This document shows positions 35,503-40,402 of a stretch of 40,402 nucleotides of DNA, one piece after another. The stretch covers positions 1-40,402 of the IMG/VR virus record IMGVR_UViG_3300009424_000185. One strand, 5' to 3'. A program made the translations under genes and the position numbers. This stretch comes from a virus (taxonomy: Duplodnaviria; Caudoviricetes). How positions within the stretch are numbered: position 1 is the first letter of the stretch; each line of letters opens with the position of its first letter. The notes beneath the pieces are model-generated. The model searched no databases, was not told where the DNA came from, and saw only the letters and a list, made by a program, of their open reading frames with translations.

Positions 35503-37653
35503 TTATGTTTGCGACTGAGGTCCGGAGGAAGGCTTGGCACTATTAGTAGAGCCTCCGGTAGTCGGTTTATTCTGTTCAATCGCACTACGAAGGTCAAGTT
35601 CATCAACCTTTGAAGCCGAGTCAAGGATCATTTTAATGCCCTTGTAATTGGTTTCAGTTGCGTCAACCTGATTATCAGATAGCGCACGAATACGTTGAGT
35701 TTCTGCATTATAAGCATCAATTTGAAGTTCAGCTTGCTTATCCTTAAGGTTCTGCTGAAGTTCCATATTTTGAGCTTGAAGCTGTTGTAGAGCTTGCTGA
35801 AGCTCTTGAAGCTGTTCAGGCGTGATACCCATTGCGTCTTCATCATCTTCCTCAAGGAACTGAGGAGGAATAGTTTTCTTAAGCCGTTCTGCAAGCTTAT
35901 CTGCTCCGGGCCAATCTTGAGCCTTAGCAACAAGGTCTCCGGCAACAGACATAAGTTGTGGCCAAACTTGAATAGCATCCATCATAGCTTGTGCAGCTTC
36001 AACACGCTTAGTGGTGTAAGAAGTACCAGTACTGAGAGCTACGTCAAACTTTCCAATCGACATATCAATTGCTTCAGGGTCGTAAGGATCGTTGATCTTT
36101 ACAAACTTAGTTTTTTCGTCTTCTCCGATACCACGAATAATTCGTTTACCATCGTAGATTTGAGGAAGAAGTTGATTAATAACATCTCCACATTCAAGAA
36201 TTGAGGCGTTACCATTATCGTGGAATTGAAGATTGGCAACATCGCCCTCTCGCTGTCTTGCCATAATAGCCCGACCCGAGGTTTCATTAGACCGAATACC
36301 GAGTGAGGCATCATGGATACCAGTGACATCTTTCATATCCTGTGTATTGACGTTCGCTTCATTGAGCAAGGCCGATTCAATACCGGGAGGTTGAACAGGT
36401 AGAACGTTTTGTCCAAACACTGCTTCATCGTTAAAGATCATCAGTGGATCACGCTTAGTGTGTGCTTGACGAATCTCGTCTTCACGCCCTTCAACTGCGC
36501 TTGCAGTTACCATCCACTTAGCTTTAGGGGCATACCCAAGCTGTTCAGCAGCCACAGACCGGAAATAGTTCTTCATCCGTACGGCATCTTTCATCCAACG
36601 AATCATGCCATACCGTACGCGACGACCAGCAATGTTAGTTACTCGTCCTGACATACGGATAATAGGAAGACGGTTAAGTTGATACTCGTAAGGCCCATCA
36701 AGGATTTCAAAACCCGTGCAAAGATGCATCTGAGCGTAAGTAACCCAAGTGAGACGAGTCTTTACAGGCATACCGTTAGCGGCAATAATATCTTCATAAT
36801 TATCATCATCAATAATAAAGATTTTACCGTTTTCAAATAGAGCCATTAGACGCTTACGTTCAATAAGACGCCAGTATTCGGTGATTTGGTAGGACTCAGT
36901 ATCTACCCAGTCAGTGCCGTCAAGCTTTCTGATTACAGTATCGTCTTCGAGAACACTCTCAGGTGTGTCTTTACCGTACTTTGCTTTGAACTCTTCAATA
37001 GGAAGACGGTCATTGACAAATACCCGCCGAGAGTCTCGACCAGTAATGTCCGTAGAGAACCGATCCCACACAACACTTAGGCAGTCATCAATCTGTTTAA
37101 TGAAGATGTCTTGGTCGAATACGTCGTTACGAGCGTACTCTACACATACACGGAAAGCCCCATCACCACATTGGATGAGACTTTCAAAAGCGTTAGAATA
37201 AACCCTATCTGCTCGACTTTGTGTTTCGATAGACCGGATAACATCCCCACGAATCTCTGCAATATCAGTATCTTCGTCATTTGAAGGTACAACTTTAATT
37301 GCCTTACGTGATTGAATCCAGTCGCCTACTTGTTGAGCAGTGAACTGAGGAATGTTGTTAATTACCAAACAAGGAAGATTTTCCCGTTCACGAAGAACTC
37401 GTGGGTCCCACTGTTCCCCTGCCGAAAACTTCTTATCTTCAAGGGCCTCTTCACGGTTTACACGATCAGACTCTACATCTGCTTCGTACTGATGACGCAT
37501 GTCCTCAAGAAACTCTTCACGAGAATCAAAACCCTCGGGAATGTAGTTTTTTGAAATTACAGCTTCATGATAAAGACGGTCAAGGATGGTCCCTTCGTCT
37601 TTTTCACCGTCTTTTCGTTTATCAACGTTTTCGTAGCTGGTTGTTGCATTCAT
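35503..37653 (-). CDS. Portal protein (P22-like)
   Basis: F..GEQW, P.L.IN, SGRAI.ARQ..G, GKFDV....G.SY.TKR motifs and Gln-rich C-terminal helical barrel. Confidence 0.92.
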   Translation of the reverse strand: MNATTSYENVDKRKDGEKDEGTILDRLYHEAVISKNYIPEGFDSREEFLEDMRHQYEADVESDRVNREEALEDKKFSAGEQWDPRVLRERENLPCLVINNIPQFTAQQVGDWIQSRKAIKVVPSNDEDTDIAEIRGDVIRSIETQSRADRVYSNAFESLIQCGDGAFRVCVEYARNDVFDQDIFIKQIDDCLSVVWDRFSTDITGRDSRRVFVNDRLPIEEFKAKYGKDTPESVLEDDTVIRKLDGTDWVDTESYQITEYWRLIERKRLMALFENGKIFIIDDDNYEDIIAANGMPVKTRLTWVTYAQMHLCTGFEILDGPYEYQLNRLPIIRMSGRVTNIAGRRVRYGMIRWMKDAVRMKNYFRSVAAEQLGYAPKAKWMVTASAVEGREDEIRQAHTKRDPLMIFNDEAVFGQNVLPVQPPGIESALLNEANVNTQDMKDVTGIHDASLGIRSNETSGRAIMARQREGDVANLQFHDNGNASILECGDVINQLLPQIYDGKRIIRGIGEDEKTKFVKINDPYDPEAIDMSIGKFDVALSTGTSYTTKRVEAAQAMMDAIQVWPQLMSVAGDLVAKAQDWPGADKLAERLKKTIPPQFLEEDDEDAMGITPEQLQELQQALQQLQAQNMELQQNLKDKQAELQIDAYNAETQRIRALSDNQVDATETNYKGIKMILDSASKVDELDLRSAIEQNKPTTGGSTNSAKPSSGPQSQT

Positions 37654-37656
37654 AGT

Positions 37657-39075
37657 TTAATTAGCCATCCATGATGTTCTAGAAGAACCGGAATCTACCC
37701 ACTGTGAAGGAATACCTCCTGAGAAGCCCGTAGAGGGGCCGCTGAGCGTGTTTTTGTTCTTACGGCTAGGTCTACCTGCAATCTTCTCAAAAAGCTCTGT
37801 AATGCCCCATACAAGGGCGTCTACGCGGTCAGGAGAACCTGTAGAAGAGTTTCGTACCTGATCTACTGAAAAAGTACACATTTGATCTTCTAAAAGATCG
37901 AAACTACCAACGTGGTGAATACGCCCCTGTTCATAAAGGGCAGAGATAGGTTCTGCACGTACCACCTTGCCTCGGGACGCATGTACCAATTTAATTGGGA
38001 GAGTTCGGTCTTGAGCTTTGAGGACACTTGAGACCATTTCACCCCCTTGGTTTTTTTCAGCGATAACTTTGTCTGCTTCCCATTTACGGTACAGTTTGAC
38101 AACTTTGCTAGCCCATTCTTCAGGTGTTCCTTTACAAGTTGCGTCTTCAAGTACATATCCATGTGCATAACCATCTTCGTCTCTTGCAAGTGCAACAACC
38201 ACAATACCGTGTTCGTCTGCCCCTTCGTTACTTGATGTAGCAGGATCAACAGCCACATAAACTTTTTCAAGGTCTTCTGGTGCTTCTTTCACTCTTGAAC
38301 TATCAATAAGTTCTCGTGACCAAAGAGCCCCCGGAATATCCCCTAGAATTTCTCCGTCAAGTTCCTGTCTACCGAGTCTTGTTCCACTGTATCGGTCGTA
38401 GAGAGCTTTGACTGTGGATTTCGCCAAGTTTGCGGCGTTGTCCAATGTAGCACCTCTAGTAACAACGGTGTCAGGATCATCAACAAGCCTTTTAATAAGA
38501 GGGAGAGGTCGTGGAGTAGTAGTGACCAACGCTTTGGGATGCTCACCAAGACGTAGACCGAACATAAGCTGATCCCAAGCGTCTTGCATGTATTCAAACT
38601 TTGCAAGTTCGTCTACCCAAGCAAAATGATGCTGAGGACCACGTAGCTGATCGGGTGTTGTACCGTTGTAAGTAAATGCTTTAGTCCCATTGGGCCACGT
38701 AAGGCAGCGATTGGTAGGGGACCAAGAATCATCGTTGAGAACCGGGTCTACTGAAAGTAATCCACTGTCCCCTTTAATCATAACGTCTCTGGCATCAGCA
38801 GCCGTCTCAGCGACCAGAGCAATTCGGCATCCGGGATATTTGTGGGCGAGTTCCCTGATCCACTCAGACCCCATACGGGTCTTCCCGAAGCCTCGTCCTG
38901 CCAGAACCAACCAAGTATTCCAATCACCTTCCGGGGCAATTTGATTTGGCCGGGCCCAAAAGGACCAATCCCAACGGAGAGCCGCTAATTCTTCGTTAGT
39001 CATTTTATCCAGAAGTTCTTCACGTTCTTCTAGAGGCATACTAGCAAATATTTCCGCTGGGCTTTTATTTGACAT
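37657..39075 (-). CDS. terL: Terminase large subunit
   Basis: LAGRGFGKT, WVDE, TTTP, VAVDPA, EKNQGG and PDRVDAL motifs. Confidence 0.95.
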   Translation of the reverse strand: MSNKSPAEIFASMPLEEREELLDKMTNEELAALRWDWSFWARPNQIAPEGDWNTWLVLAGRGFGKTRMGSEWIRELAHKYPGCRIALVAETAADARDVMIKGDSGLLSVDPVLNDDSWSPTNRCLTWPNGTKAFTYNGTTPDQLRGPQHHFAWVDELAKFEYMQDAWDQLMFGLRLGEHPKALVTTTPRPLPLIKRLVDDPDTVVTRGATLDNAANLAKSTVKALYDRYSGTRLGRQELDGEILGDIPGALWSRELIDSSRVKEAPEDLEKVYVAVDPATSSNEGADEHGIVVVALARDEDGYAHGYVLEDATCKGTPEEWASKVVKLYRKWEADKVIAEKNQGGEMVSSVLKAQDRTLPIKLVHASRGKVVRAEPISALYEQGRIHHVGSFDLLEDQMCTFSVDQVRNSSTGSPDRVDALVWGITELFEKIAGRPSRKNKNTLSGPSTGFSGGIPSQWVDSGSSRTSWMAN

Positions 39076-39157
39076 AAGAACTGTGTTTACGAAGTTGCAA
39101 GAAGGGCGTCATCCGCCGGTACTGTTACAATGATAATTTTATTGTTTCCGTCCATTA

Positions 39158-39697
39158 TTAATCTTCTTCTTCATTTTCTACAAGTTTAAGTGCGTTGTTG
39201 GATTTACGTGACAAACTTACAATTTTGTTTTTAAATTCTTCAGCCGTTTGCCGTAGCTGTTCTTCTTTGACGTGGATTGCTTCACCATTAGGGCCACTAA
39301 TTTCTTGCCTATCGACAAACATTCCAAGGTGTTTCGCAAGGAGTTCCGCACCTCGTAGGACTGAAGCTTCGTTTCCTTTTGCTTCCGCACGTTCCATTGA
39401 TTTGATGATTTTGTCGAGAACAAAGTTTGCATCCACATTCATTTTATGGTTGCGTTCTTCCAGAAGGTATTTAAGAGCTACTTTAACTGCGGGGTGGTTT
39501 TTAAGTTCTGGTCCAACACGATTAGGGTTATTAGTTTCGTAACCAGCTCGTAGGCAGGCTTTAGAAGCATTAAGGTCTTTTAGATATTCATGGCAGAATC
39601 GCTGTTGTTTAATAGTAAGAGCTTCAAGAACTATTTCTGGATCACCTGTTTCAATAGCAGCAAGCATTTTTTTAGAAAGTTTAGTAGTCAGAGCCAT
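39158..39697 (-). CDS. terS: Terminase small subunit
   Basis: LTIKQQRFCHEYL.DLNASKA..RAGY and ELLAKHLGMF motifs. Confidence 0.92.
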   Translation of the reverse strand: MALTTKLSKKMLAAIETGDPEIVLEALTIKQQRFCHEYLKDLNASKACLRAGYETNNPNRVGPELKNHPAVKVALKYLLEERNHKMNVDANFVLDKIIKSMERAEAKGNEASVLRGAELLAKHLGMFVDRQEISGPNGEAIHVKEEQLRQTAEEFKNKIVSLSRKSNNALKLVENEEED

Positions 39698-39700
39698 GAT

Positions 39701-39949
39701 TTATTTCTTTTTCATTCGTGTATGTGATCGGTTAGTTGACTTAGATTGAACTGCAAGGTTGCTTTTACTATTATCTTTTGGGTTGTTGTTTTTATGAGCA
39801 ACGTCTTTACCATCACCTTTGCTTACTCGACCAGCTTTTTCCATCTTGGCTCGTGCAGCATTACGAGAAGTCCGGTTAGAGACTTGTTCTGGTTTAGAAT
39901 TGTACCGAGCTTGAGCTTTTGCTCGACCTCCTTTGTACGGCATTGGCAT
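39701..39949 (-). CDS. Small basic HNH-like protein upstream of terS
   Basis: GDGKDVAHK...N..SNL...S...NRS pattern. Confidence 0.7.
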   Translation of the reverse strand: MPMPYKGGRAKAQARYNSKPEQVSNRTSRNAARAKMEKAGRVSKGDGKDVAHKNNNPKDNSKSNLAVQSKSTNRSHTRMKKK

Positions 39950-39982
39950 AAAAAAAACTCCATCTATATTCCTATACTGCGT

Positions 39983-40011
39983 ATTATACCATAATTTGCT
40001 TCATTTGTCAA
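39983..40011 (-). promoter_or_regulatory. Sigma70 consensus promoter driving the packaging/structural/lysis arm
   Basis: On the - strand: TTGACA (40011-40006), 17-nt spacer, TGnTATAAT (39988-39983). Confidence 0.92.
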
Positions 40012-40059
40012 GCAAAATCGTACATAATGTAAAAAAAAGTTTATAATTGAATTTTTTTC

Positions 40060-40088
40060 TTGACAAAATGACAAAAATGTGTTATAAT
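40060..40088 (+). promoter_or_regulatory. Divergent sigma70 consensus promoter
   Basis: TTGACA (40060-40065), 17-nt spacer, TGnTATAAT (40083-40088). Confidence 0.9.
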
Positions 40089-40227
40089 ATCTTATTAGGG
40101 GGGGCTAATAGGGGTACCCTTAGTGTTAATTATGGAGTTAATAATTAATTATTACTGTCAAAGGTAATTCCCTTTAAGTGTTATATAGAGAATTATCTGT
40201 ATGGTCCTTGGGCGATCCAATTAAGGT

Positions 40228-40299
40228 GGGCTTCGTCGGTGGTCTTTGCTCGTAGGACGTATGATGTCCTTGGGCGACCATCGGGAGCCCTTTTCTTTT
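40228..40299 (+). terminator. Long imperfect hairpin followed by a U-tract
   Basis: GGGCTTC/GGAGCCC, CGGTGGTC/GACCATCG, GCTCG/TGGGC and AGGACGT/ATGTCCT stacked stems, then TTTTCTTTT. Confidence 0.7.
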
Positions 40300-40402
40300 G
40301 TCAAGTCTGTATTGGTCAACAATAGTCAATAATTACTTGTCATCTATTTTGGAAATGGTAATTTTTATAAAATCCATAAGGGTGGTCTTAGCACGCATAT
40401 AC

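Noticed and set aside
40275-40305. Additional - strand promoter from TTGACA at 40304-40299
   Set aside because: No -10 element at 16-18 nt spacing.
39950-40402. tRNA genes or a definable terminal repeat
   Set aside because: No cloverleaf or T-loop signature is seen, and there is no match to the window start, which begins inside a gene.

Overview
This window is most of the genome of an AT-rich lytic podovirus-like phage, arranged as two convergent arms that meet at a bidirectional terminator (~19552-19590). No RNA polymerase, integrase, tRNA or CRISPR array is visible. The + arm begins with the 3' end of a tetrapeptide-repeat gene and a phiEco32/PA11-type amide/peptide-ligase cluster: gamma-glutamylcyclotransferase, class I and class II glutamine amidotransferases, COOH-NH2 ligase, amidoligase, ATP-grasp and two unknowns. 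It continues with a T7-like primase-helicase, PolA, SSB, nucleases, nucleotide hydrolases and a class II ribonucleotide reductase. The - arm holds terminase, a P22-like portal/scaffold/coat/tail/ejection module and a holin-SAR endolysin-spanin cassette. Highlights: (1) nrdJ is split just before the NPC motif into two genes with non-catalytic, split-intein-like tails, and between them lies a probable remnant of a deleted EndoVII-type homing endonuclease. (2) The P22 gp10-like tail hub is split around an inserted lectin-like gene, and its C-half carries three repeated strands. (3) PolA has paired substitutions at the Klenow E710 and Y766 positions. (4) The 1701-aa ejection protein carries metallopeptidase-like and ADP-ribosyltransferase-like domains. 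(5) There are several RNA/DNA structures, including pseudoknots, shared promoter palindromes and a promoter-driven switchable hairpin at the right end. All assignments come from motif recognition by eye; no searches were run.
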